Below are positions 9,614 to 18,046 of a DNA stretch of 64,000 bases, piece by piece; within the stretch, counting starts at the first letter, position 1, and the number at the start of each line of letters is the position of its first letter. This DNA is from Acidobacteriota bacterium (lineage in GTDB: Bacteria; Acidobacteriota; Terriglobia; Acidiferrales; UBA7541). Where the stretch lies: positions 951 through 64,950 of the forward strand of contig JABCZG010000027.1 of assembly GCA_013289835.1 (NCBI GenBank), in the 5' to 3' direction. The position numbers and the translations under genes are program-made. The notes beneath the pieces were generated by a model. That model was not told the origin of the DNA and did not search any database. It worked only from the letters and a program-made list of their open reading frames with translations.

Positions 9614-9747
9614 GTTTTCAGTGATCCGTTTTCGGTTCACAGTCATTTACACTTCGTGATCTGAGTAAGCGTACGACAGCGAATCGACCTACATAGCCGA
9701 GAGGCTTACGGTCTTTTGTGCGGAACTGAAAACGGGACGCTGAGAAC
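9614..9747. repeat. Imperfect ~25-bp inverted repeat pair flanking ~85 bp
   Basis: GTTTTCAGTGATCCGTTTTCGGTTC (9614-9638) is the imperfect reverse complement of GAACTGAAAACGGGACGCTGAGAAC (9723-9747), with about 20 of 25 positions matching by eye. It fills the convergent intergenic gap. Confidence 0.4.
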
Positions 9748-9759
9748 TGACGACTCTTT

Positions 9760-10074
9760 TCACCGGTTGCCGAAATTTTCCGGATCGGCGTTGGGATCGC
9801 CGAGATTATCGTTGATGAGCACGGTGGATTGGCCAGTCAATTCGAAGCGCTTACGGCACTTGTAGCAGGCCACCAGGTCGTCCAGGCGGACCATGTACGA
9901 AGAGGCTTTCGCGAACTTCTTCCGGTCTTCTTCGCCCATGCCGCGCGGCAATTCTTTTTTCTTGCGGCAGACTTTCCAGCGCACGGGAGCTTCGAATTCT
10001 CCGCGGCAGCTGGGGCAGATAAGCTTGACCTTGCGCGTCTCTTCTTTCTCTGTGTAAAACTGTCGCTCGTCCAT
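9760..10074 (-). CDS. Zinc-ribbon protein (two CxxC pairs)
   Basis: CPSC ... CYKC pairs in a 104-aa Lys/Glu-rich protein. It starts 2 nt after the upstream deacetylase stop. Confidence 0.55.
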   Translation of the reverse strand: MDERQFYTEKEETRKVKLICPSCRGEFEAPVRWKVCRKKKELPRGMGEEDRKKFAKASSYMVRLDDLVACYKCRKRFELTGQSTVLINDNLGDPNADPENFGNR

Positions 10075-10076
10075 GG

Positions 10077-10901
10077 CTATGGGGCGGGTGTACGCACCGC
10101 TTCCGCAATTGTAACAAATTCGAGGCCGAGGTCACGCCAGCGCGGCAGCCAGTGTTCAAGAGCGGCAAGCGTTCGCGTGCGGTCGCCGTTCAATTGGCGG
10201 TGCGTGCCATCGTGCAGGCAGAGGACGTCGCCAGTACCGCTGGCGGGTGAGTTCGAGCCATTTCCTGGGTTCTTCCTTTGGGCATGATCCGCAATCGGTA
10301 GCATGCGCTGAATCAGCCATTCCGCGGGTTTTTCGCGCCAGTCTCCGGGAATCAGCGTCCACATCAGGGTTTGGTAGCCAAGCTCGCGGGCCGCGGGAAT
10401 CACCCAGGGATTCCGTAGGCCGAACGGTGGTCGAAACCATTTGGGCGGCGCGCCGGCTGCATGCGAAATGGCGTCGTGGCAGAGGCGCAGCTCGACGCGG
10501 ACCTGCATGGGGCTCAGCCGGAAAAGGTTCGGGTGTGTTTCCGTGTGATTTCCCACGACGTGTCCGCGCGCAACGGTTTCTTGGACCAACTCAGGACATT
10601 CGCGGACGAATTTGCCGATTAGAAAAAACGTTGCCTTGGCGTTGTAGTGGTCGAGAAAATCGAGCAGCTTCGGCGTGATCGCGGGATTCGGCCCATCGTC
10701 AAACGTGATCGCCAGCTTGCGCGGCGAATTGGTCCGGCGGATCGTCGGTCCGAAGAGTTGTGCACGCGGAAACGCCGCGCCGTACGCCGTGAGACCTGCT
10801 GCCGCAGCAGCAGCCGCCGCAGGCGCTTCGATGAGCCAGGGATTCACGCGCCCATTCTCGCATAGCAATTGAAGATGCGCAGCAATCTTGGGGCACGACA
10901 T
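10077..10901 (-). CDS. Polysaccharide deacetylase (NodB/CE4 family)
   Basis: NodB motifs LAITFDDGP, GHVVGNHTETH and WFRPPFG. Confidence 0.85.
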   Translation of the reverse strand: MSCPKIAAHLQLLCENGRVNPWLIEAPAAAAAAAAGLTAYGAAFPRAQLFGPTIRRTNSPRKLAITFDDGPNPAITPKLLDFLDHYNAKATFFLIGKFVRECPELVQETVARGHVVGNHTETHPNLFRLSPMQVRVELRLCHDAISHAAGAPPKWFRPPFGLRNPWVIPAARELGYQTLMWTLIPGDWREKPAEWLIQRMLPIADHAQRKNPGNGSNSPASGTGDVLCLHDGTHRQLNGDRTRTLAALEHWLPRWRDLGLEFVTIAEAVRTPAP

Positions 10902-10933
10902 ATCGTGCCCCGCAGCGCAAGGATCAATGGGTG

Positions 10934-11599
10934 TCAGGCCGGCAGGCCGCGGCGGGCCTTCAAGTCGGCGAGGAGGCGGTCCACCTCGGAGTCGCGGTCG
11001 AGGCGTGTGAGGCGCTCGGCGGTGTCGTCGGTGAGCAACTCGACTTCGGCGCTGGCAACGGCTTCGGTGTGATGCACGCGGTCCTTGAGACGATCGAATG
11101 TGGCGCTCTTGGAATTGTCGCCCATCGCGGTTTGCGCGCGGGCGGCTTTGCCGAGCGCGATACTGCGGCGATGGCGCGCGAGAAGCAAATCGCGCTTGGA
11201 CTTGGCTTCGTCGAGCTTTTGTTCGAGTTTCACGAGCGCCCCCTTCAGCGTTTCGACCTGCGCCTTCTGGTCATCCACTTGTTCGCGGTAGCTTTGCGCC
11301 AGCCGCTGCGAAGTGTGGAAGCGATCGAGCGCGGCGCGCGCCAGATCATCCTGCCCCTTGTCCACGGCGATTTCCGCTTTGCGCATCCAGTCCTTGCCGG
11401 AATCTTCGTTCTCTTGCCACTTCTTCTCCAGCATGTGCTGGTCGGCGATGGAAACCGCCACCTGCGTTTTGACCTGGAGGTATTGATTCTCCATGTCAAG
11501 AATCACCTGCTTGATCATTTTTTCCGGATCTTCAGCGCGATCAACCATGTCGTTGATATTCGCGCGAATCAATGTGCTTACTCGTTCTAAAAGTCCCAT
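10934..11599 (-). CDS. pspA: PspA/IM30 family membrane-stress protein
   Basis: The N-terminus MGLLERVSTLIRANINDMVDRAEDPEKMIKQVILDM is a close match to the PspA/Vipp1 family signature. The rest of the 221 aa is coiled-coil. Confidence 0.85.
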   Translation of the reverse strand: MGLLERVSTLIRANINDMVDRAEDPEKMIKQVILDMENQYLQVKTQVAVSIADQHMLEKKWQENEDSGKDWMRKAEIAVDKGQDDLARAALDRFHTSQRLAQSYREQVDDQKAQVETLKGALVKLEQKLDEAKSKRDLLLARHRRSIALGKAARAQTAMGDNSKSATFDRLKDRVHHTEAVASAEVELLTDDTAERLTRLDRDSEVDRLLADLKARRGLPA

Positions 11600-11679
11600 G
11601 ATGAATCTCCTTTCAAGAAACTGATGGTACGAACCACTCGAAACTTTTCAAAACACGCTCCTGCCTTTCGCAAATATGC

Positions 11680-11916
11680 TCAAGGCAAGAGCCAGACACC
11701 GCAAATCGCCACGGCAAATTTCGCAACGCACGGCAAAGATACGAGGCTGAGGGCGACGATCTTTTCAATCATGTACGCCGCGCAACTCCAGAAGTGGCGC
11801 AACAAGAAACCAAAGGCTACCGCCACGAGGATCCAAACAAAGAGAAGTTTTTCTTTCGTAGCCATTGCCATCCCCCAAGACCATTCGGCGTCCGCGGCGG
11901 GCCCTTGCGGGCCCAC
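11680..11916 (-). CDS. Small hypothetical membrane protein
   Basis: Two hydrophobic helices (LLFVWILVAVAFGFLL, LVSLPCVAKFAVAICGVWLL). It lies between the flotillin and pspA genes. The start may be an internal Met at 11871 or 11865. Confidence 0.3.
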   Translation of the reverse strand: MGPQGPAADAEWSWGMAMATKEKLLFVWILVAVAFGFLLRHFWSCAAYMIEKIVALSLVSLPCVAKFAVAICGVWLLP

Positions 11917-11934
11917 CCAGGACGGAAGCGATCG

Positions 11935-13374
11935 TTAGGCTTGCTTAGCCGGCGCCTGCGGCAGCTCCGGCTTCGGCGCTTTGTCGCCGATGATGCGGAC
12001 TTTGCTAAGCAGGTCAGACATCTGCATGCCGGAAAGCGCTTCGAAGAGCGCGGGCACCTGCGCCGCGATTTTCGTGACGTCGCCGGTCAGCTTGTAGGCG
12101 CCGGCGGCATCGCCGTTGCCTGTGGAAACGATGGTCACCTTGTCTACTTTGCTGAGCGGCTCGGCGAGAGCGCGCACGATTTCCGGCAATCCGGTGAACA
12201 GCTTGTCTATGACGGCAGCCTGGTTGTATTCCTGGAAGGCTTCCGCCTTGACGTTCATGGCTTTGGCTTCGGCTTCGCCCTTCTTGAAGATGATTTCGGC
12301 CTCCGCTTCACCCTGCGCGCGAATCGCGGAGGCGCGGCCTTCGGCTTCGGTGATCGAGCGTTGCCGCTCGGCGCTGGCGAGCGTTTCGATGCGCTGGCGC
12401 TCGACTTCGGCTGGTTTCAATACCGTGGCGATGAGTTCGCGCTCGCGACGCTCGATTTCCGCGATCTGCACCTTCACTTGAGCTTCGCGTTCAACTTGCT
12501 GCACCCTCACCGACTCCGTAATCACCTGCTGCTGCATGATGTTGGTTTCGATTTCGTAGGCTTTGTCGGCCGTGGCCTGCGCTTTCTTGGTCATTTCCAG
12601 GTAGCTGGCTTTTTTCAGGTCCAGATCGCGCTCGGCTTCGGCTTGTTTGGCGAGCGACGCGGTTTCCGCAGCGACGCGCTCCTGATCGGCTTGTGCTTTG
12701 GCGACAGCGGCGGCGCGCTGGGACTCGGCTCGCTTGATGGCAATGTCGCGATCGGCTTCGGCAGCGGCCACTTCGGCGTCGCGCTTGATGCGCGCGATGT
12801 CCGGCCGGCCCATGTTGGTGATGTACTCATTCTTGTCGCGGACTTCTTTTAGCGTGAAGCTCACGACGTCGAGCCCCATCTTGTTCATGTCCGCGGCGCA
12901 CGTGGAGCGCATGCGGTCGCCGACCATTTCCGGCTCTTTGACGATTTGCTCGACCGTAAGCTGGCCGATGATGCCGCGCAGGTGACCTTCCATCACCAGG
13001 CGAATCAATCCTTCACGCTGCTCGGGCCGCTTGGTCAGGAATTGTTCGGCGGCCGTTCGAATCGAGACGGGATCGGACTTCACCTTGAGTTGCGCCACCG
13101 CCTCGACTGTCACGGCAACTCCCTGGTTGGTGTAAAGGCTCTGCTGCGGAGCGACGTCAAACGACATCAGCTCCAGCGAGAGCTCGCGGCACTGCTCCAA
13201 CATCGGAATCAGGATCGTGCCGCCGTTTGTGACTGTTCTCGGACCACGAATGCCGTACACAATGAGCGCTTCGTGCGGTCCTACTTTGCGCAAAAGTGTG
13301 GCGAAACTGGCCATCGCAAAAAGAATGACGAGGACCAGCAGCCCGGCCATAACGGGAACCGAAAGACCAAACAT
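11935..13374 (-). CDS. Flotillin-like SPFH/band-7 protein
   Basis: Start at MFGLSVPVMAGLLVLVILFAM (TM anchor). An SPFH core (LVYGIRGPRTV..., ELMSFDV...) is followed by a long Ala/Glu-rich coiled coil (EAERD..., AEAEAK...), as in flotillins. Confidence 0.85.
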   Translation of the reverse strand: MFGLSVPVMAGLLVLVILFAMASFATLLRKVGPHEALIVYGIRGPRTVTNGGTILIPMLEQCRELSLELMSFDVAPQQSLYTNQGVAVTVEAVAQLKVKSDPVSIRTAAEQFLTKRPEQREGLIRLVMEGHLRGIIGQLTVEQIVKEPEMVGDRMRSTCAADMNKMGLDVVSFTLKEVRDKNEYITNMGRPDIARIKRDAEVAAAEADRDIAIKRAESQRAAAVAKAQADQERVAAETASLAKQAEAERDLDLKKASYLEMTKKAQATADKAYEIETNIMQQQVITESVRVQQVEREAQVKVQIAEIERRERELIATVLKPAEVERQRIETLASAERQRSITEAEGRASAIRAQGEAEAEIIFKKGEAEAKAMNVKAEAFQEYNQAAVIDKLFTGLPEIVRALAEPLSKVDKVTIVSTGNGDAAGAYKLTGDVTKIAAQVPALFEALSGMQMSDLLSKVRIIGDKAPKPELPQAPAKQA

Positions 13375-13446
13375 AAAGACCTCCCTTTTCCACTCACCTC
13401 CGGACTGTTCGAATCGTTCCTCAGTCCGAGAAATTCTTTGCAAACG

Positions 13447-14052
13447 TCACTTCGTAAATTCTTCCCACTTCTTTACGTAGGCGATGCCGTTCTCGTAGCG
13501 CGTGATCGCGACTTCCGTACCATTCGGAAGCGGCGTGCCATCCTCGCTGCGCGCGCCGATGCTCTTGCGCACGCCGTGCTGCTCGAAAATCACTTCCCCG
13601 GTGCCATCTGCACGGATGGGCGAACTGATGGTGCCGACTGTGCCTTCGATGCGGTAATTCCAGTCCAACATCTGCGAATCGTTCACTTTCACGATGCGCG
13701 CCATGAACTTGAACACCACGCCTGCTCCGAAGACTCCCGCGGCGATGGCGATGAAGAGTGCGACCATCGCTACCAGCTTCGAATGGATCGAGAGGATGTA
13801 GCCAACGCCTCCGAACCACGCCAAGAACGTCATGATGGTCATGGCGTTGAACCAGGAGAGGCCGCCGCGGGCATGCGCCGCTCCGCGTCCTGCGACTCCA
13901 CGTCCTGCCATTCCACCAGCGTGATGCCCGCCATGAAACGGCAAGTGCAAGCGGGTCGGCAGATGGATGTGCGCCGCGCCTCCAAGGAACGAAAGCACGC
14001 TGAGCAAAAAACCCACGATGAAGCAGAGAAGATAAAAATCAGACCAGGTCAT
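13447..14052 (-). CDS. NfeD-family membrane protein
   Basis: Start at MTWSDFYLLCFIVGFLL. It has several TM helices and a C-terminal OB-like segment (GTVGTISSPIRADGTGEVIFEQHGVRKSIGARSEDGTPLPNGTEVAI). It sits immediately upstream of the flotillin gene, the classical NfeD-SPFH pairing. Confidence 0.75.
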   Translation of the reverse strand: MTWSDFYLLCFIVGFLLSVLSFLGGAAHIHLPTRLHLPFHGGHHAGGMAGRGVAGRGAAHARGGLSWFNAMTIMTFLAWFGGVGYILSIHSKLVAMVALFIAIAAGVFGAGVVFKFMARIVKVNDSQMLDWNYRIEGTVGTISSPIRADGTGEVIFEQHGVRKSIGARSEDGTPLPNGTEVAITRYENGIAYVKKWEEFTK

Positions 14053-14134
14053 GACACACCTCGAGCGCGACGATTTCATTGCGCAACTTGCGGTTGCGGT
14101 GCGCGGGCCGGAATTCGAGACGCGAACCTACGAC

Positions 14135-14662
14135 TTAGTTCTGGAGAGTTGTTGGCGGCGGATGCCCGCTGCCTCTTTGGCCGTTCTTGCTATGGGTCCC
14201 AGGATGCAAAACCTCCGACAAGCGCTCGGCAAGGTCGGGCGTGCGGAGAATTTCCGCGAGCAGCAGAATCGCCCGCCGGGAATCTTCATGCTGCGCGATC
14301 GCGAGAAGCCCACGTTGCAGCTCTGGATCCGCCGTGAACTGCTCGGCGCCGGCGAAAAGCCAGGAATCGACCTTCGCGTCAATGGCGCGCAACTCGGACT
14401 GAAGTCCGGGCGTATAGCCTTCGGGATCGTCCACGAGAAACCCCGGGTAAACCCGAAAGAAACGTGCCAGAAGCTCACGCGTGGTGTGCGTCAGGTGCGG
14501 CCGCGCGCCGTTTTCGATTTGCGAGAGATACGCCTGGCTTAAGCCGCGGCCAATCTCGCGCTTCATCGCGGCGGCCAGCTCCTGCTGGGTCATGGAGCGG
14601 CCCAGGCCACGAAGCGAACCTTCGACGGAGCGTAGGGAACGGAGTTTGTCGCCGAGTTTCAT
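14135..14662 (-). CDS. XRE-family HTH transcriptional regulator with unknown C-terminal domain
   Basis: HTH: MTQQELAAAMKREIGRGLSQAYLSQIENGARPHLT. Start at MKLGDKLRSLR. Confidence 0.75.
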   Translation of the reverse strand: MKLGDKLRSLRSVEGSLRGLGRSMTQQELAAAMKREIGRGLSQAYLSQIENGARPHLTHTTRELLARFFRVYPGFLVDDPEGYTPGLQSELRAIDAKVDSWLFAGAEQFTADPELQRGLLAIAQHEDSRRAILLLAEILRTPDLAERLSEVLHPGTHSKNGQRGSGHPPPTTLQN

Positions 14663-14773
14663 GGGGGACCTGCCTATTGCAATCTGCAAATAGCATATTA
14701 CATTCCGCTATTCTGTCAAGCGGAAAATTATCCCTGTTTTCAATCACTTACAGCCACTTCTTGGATTGGTTGC

Positions 14774-16165
14774 TTATTCCGGCTTGCGCAAGGACTGCAG
14801 GTCGATTCCCAGCTGTTGGCACTTCTTATAGAGGTGACTGCGCTCGAGACCCAGCGCGCGCGCCACATTGGTCATGTGAAAGTTGTGGCGGCGAATCTCC
14901 GCCAACATCACTTCCCTCTCGAATGCTTCCGTGCGTTCCGCCAGCGTGCCGGTTGCGTTTCCAGATGAGCCTGATGCTGCGCTCGCAGCGTCGCCCTCCG
15001 ACGTTGGCAGAATCAGGCGAACGTCCGCGGCGGTAATGTTTTCGTCCGCAGCTAGCAAAATGAGCCGCTCCACGACATTGCGGAGTTCGCGCACATTTCC
15101 CGGCCACCCGTACTTACGCAATTCCGCGATGGCATCGTCCGCAAAAATCTTCTGCTTCCATCCATTCTGCGCCGCCACTTGCCCGGCAAAATGCGCGGTC
15201 AATTCCGGAAAGTCTTCCGGGCGTTCGCGAAGCGGCGGCAACGTTAGCGGAAAAACATAAATGCGGTGAAAAAGGTCGCGGCGGAACGCGTTCTGCTTCA
15301 CCAGCTCTTCCAGATTCCGGTGCGTGGCCACGACGACGCGCACGTTCACACGAATGGGTTTGTCGCCGCCAACGCGTTCGACCTCGCCTTCCTCCAACAC
15401 GCGCAACAGCTTCGCCTGCATGGCCACCGGCATATCGCCGATTTCATCCAGAAACAACGTGCCGCCGTCCGCTTGTTCGAATTTACCGACATGCTTGGCC
15501 GCAGCTCCGGTGAAGGCGCCTTTCTCGTGACCAAAAAGCTCCGATTCGATCAACTCCGCCGGAACCGCCGCGCAATTCAAAGTAATAAACGGATTCTCAT
15601 GCCGCGGCGATTTCTCATGAATCGCGCGAGCAACAAGCTCTTTCCCCGTGCCGGTTTCGCCCAGGATGCACACCCGCGTTTCGCTCGCGGCCACGCGCTC
15701 GATCTGCGCCATCAGTTTCTTCATCGCCGGCCCCGAGCCGACGAGTTCGTGCTTTCCCAAACGATGGCGCAGCTCGCGATTTTCATCTTCCAGCCGCGAA
15801 AGGCGCAGCGCATTTTCGACCGTCAGCAGCAGCTTGTCCGTCGACAGCGGCTTTTCCAGAAAGTCGAGTGCGCCAAGCTTCGTGGCCTTCACCGCCATTT
15901 CAATATTGGCCTGTCCGGAAATGAGGATGATCGGCGTCTTGACTCCTGCCTTCTTCAAATCTTCCAGCAACTCCAAACCGCTGCGCCCGGGCATCACCAC
16001 ATCCGAAAGAATAAGATCGAAGGATTCCGTCCGGAGAAGCTCCACGGCACGCGCGGCATTGTCGCAAACTGTCGCTTCATGCCCCGCCAGGCGGAACGCG
16101 CGCGAAAGCGATGCCAGGGTGTTCGGGTCGTCATCAACGAGGAGCAGGTGAGCTTTGCGCGGCAA
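14774..16165 (-). CDS. Sigma-54-dependent response regulator (NtrC family)
   Basis: REC domain (HLLLVDDDPNT..., DLILSDVVMPGRSG). AAA+ domain (GETGTGKE, GAFTGA, ESELFGHEKGAFTGA) and C-terminal HTH (NVARALGLERSHLYKK). Confidence 0.9.
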   Translation of the reverse strand: MPRKAHLLLVDDDPNTLASLSRAFRLAGHEATVCDNAARAVELLRTESFDLILSDVVMPGRSGLELLEDLKKAGVKTPIILISGQANIEMAVKATKLGALDFLEKPLSTDKLLLTVENALRLSRLEDENRELRHRLGKHELVGSGPAMKKLMAQIERVAASETRVCILGETGTGKELVARAIHEKSPRHENPFITLNCAAVPAELIESELFGHEKGAFTGAAAKHVGKFEQADGGTLFLDEIGDMPVAMQAKLLRVLEEGEVERVGGDKPIRVNVRVVVATHRNLEELVKQNAFRRDLFHRIYVFPLTLPPLRERPEDFPELTAHFAGQVAAQNGWKQKIFADDAIAELRKYGWPGNVRELRNVVERLILLAADENITAADVRLILPTSEGDAASAASGSSGNATGTLAERTEAFEREVMLAEIRRHNFHMTNVARALGLERSHLYKKCQQLGIDLQSLRKPE

Positions 16166-16186
16166 GCATCAGTCCTTTAGCGCGCG

Positions 16187-18046
16187 CTAATCGGAAGCGG
16201 CGGCGAGAGTCGGCGGCGTGCTTTTCGTCTCGGAAGCAGTCTCCTTCGAAACGATGACCACGCCAGACTGGCGCTGCGGCAGATCCATTCGGAACGTCGT
16301 GCCGCGCTCTTCCGAACTGGTCACGGAAATCGTTCCGTGATGGTCACTGACGACCGACTGCACAATCGCAAGTCCCAGCCCGGTTCCCTGCAATTTTGTC
16401 GTGTAATAAGGTGTGAACAATCGCGAGCACTCTTCCGGCGTAAGGCCCTTGCCGGTGTCCGAAATTTCGATGCGCGCGTTGCCATCGTGCTCCGAAGTTC
16501 TCAGCGTAAGCGTCCCGCCCGCGGGCATGGCATCCAGCGCATTGAGGATCAAATTCTGAAACGCGCGATGGAGCAAATCCGGGTCCGCATCAATCTCCGG
16601 CAAAGGATCGGTCAAGAACAACTCCGGCGTAATCGTCGGTTTCCCCACCTCGTTGAACTGCGGCTCGAAGAGCCGCACCGCATTTCGCAGCGACTCATTC
16701 ACGTTCACGCGCGCAAACTGCGGCGCAGGCATCTTCGAAAAATCGCTGAAGCGCGTGACGATGGTGTTGAGATTCGCCAGTTCCGTCTTCAACGTCGCCG
16801 TGGACTCGTTGAAAACTTCCAGGAACTGCTTGGCCTCAAGCTTGCGAGCCTTCTGCAGATTTTCCACCGTAATTTGCATGGGAAAAAGCGGATTGCGCAA
16901 TTCATGCGCCAAACGCCGTGCCAGTTCGCGCCACGCCGCCACGCGCTCGGTCTGCACCAGCCGTTCTTTCTGCGCCGCCAGCGTCTGCGTCATGTGATTG
17001 AAAGCTTCGGCCAGTTGTCCGATTTCATCGCCGCCGCGGACGTCAATGTGCGTGTCCCATCTTCCAGCGGCCACTTCGCGCGCGCCCTCCGCAAGCTCTT
17101 CCACCGGCTTAGTAATGCGCGCGGAAATCCAGAACGCCATCAATAGTCCGACGAACAGCGCACCCGCGCCCACAGCCACCGCGATCTTCACAATTTTGTT
17201 GGTCAGAAGAACAAGTTCTTTGCGCGAACTCCCCACCAGAAAAATGCCCAGCAATTCATTATTCCTTCCCATCAGCGGAATGGCGTGAAACGCTTCCGCA
17301 TCGGCCGGATCACTCGACCAATCGATCGTGCGCACCAGCGGGCGTGGCTGCTTTTGAATCTGCTCGACAAGGGGAGCAAACCGTTCGGGCTGCTCGACGT
17401 CTCCTTTCGCGGAAATCAGCGCCGCGGGAACAAAAGCTTGTTCCAAATTCGTGTAAATCAGCGTACGCATTCCGGCAGGCAGGACCAGCGATTCCAGAAA
17501 TTTCTTATCGAGGCGGCGCCCGCCAACAATGTAAAACGGCTTGGGAACATTCGGTTGTGTGCGAACCACCGTCAACGAGAGAGCCACCTCCGTCGGAAGT
17601 TCTTCCCGCGACAGAAAAGCGGAAGAGGTATTCCAATCGGCGGTCGAAACAAGCCAATCATTCTTATAACCGACGCGCGCGGGATACTGCGCCGAGGAAA
17701 TCAAGGTCCCATCGCTATTCACGAATTCCACAAAATCCAAGCCATGATCTTGCGCCGCGCCATTGGCATCGCGCACATATAGGGATTGGTCCGCGTTGGG
17801 TCGCCCCAGGTCAATGGCCATGCGCAGCGTCACTTCCGCATTCGCAATGTTTTCCACCTGACGCGCGATCTCTTCCCCGCGCTGCGCAAATTCTTTGTTG
17901 AATTGAGCGACGAGCGCTTCCGTGCGCTGCGCGTCCATCTCTTCGAACGCCTCGCGCGTGTAGTACGTCACGCCGTAGGCCACCACCGTCACGGAGGCAA
18001 AAATGATGAGCAATACGATGAGCAGCAGTTTTGTTCGAAAGCTCAT
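16187..18046 (-). CDS. Sensor histidine kinase (large periplasmic domain, HAMP, HisKA, HATPase_c)
   Basis: Two TM segments bracket a ~270-aa periplasmic domain. H-box AHELRNPLFPMQITVENL, N-box LILNALDAM, G-boxes DTGKGL and GTGLGLAIV. Confidence 0.9.
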   Translation of the reverse strand: MSFRTKLLLIVLLIIFASVTVVAYGVTYYTREAFEEMDAQRTEALVAQFNKEFAQRGEEIARQVENIANAEVTLRMAIDLGRPNADQSLYVRDANGAAQDHGLDFVEFVNSDGTLISSAQYPARVGYKNDWLVSTADWNTSSAFLSREELPTEVALSLTVVRTQPNVPKPFYIVGGRRLDKKFLESLVLPAGMRTLIYTNLEQAFVPAALISAKGDVEQPERFAPLVEQIQKQPRPLVRTIDWSSDPADAEAFHAIPLMGRNNELLGIFLVGSSRKELVLLTNKIVKIAVAVGAGALFVGLLMAFWISARITKPVEELAEGAREVAAGRWDTHIDVRGGDEIGQLAEAFNHMTQTLAAQKERLVQTERVAAWRELARRLAHELRNPLFPMQITVENLQKARKLEAKQFLEVFNESTATLKTELANLNTIVTRFSDFSKMPAPQFARVNVNESLRNAVRLFEPQFNEVGKPTITPELFLTDPLPEIDADPDLLHRAFQNLILNALDAMPAGGTLTLRTSEHDGNARIEISDTGKGLTPEECSRLFTPYYTTKLQGTGLGLAIVQSVVSDHHGTISVTSSEERGTTFRMDLPQRQSGVVIVSKETASETKSTPPTLAAASD

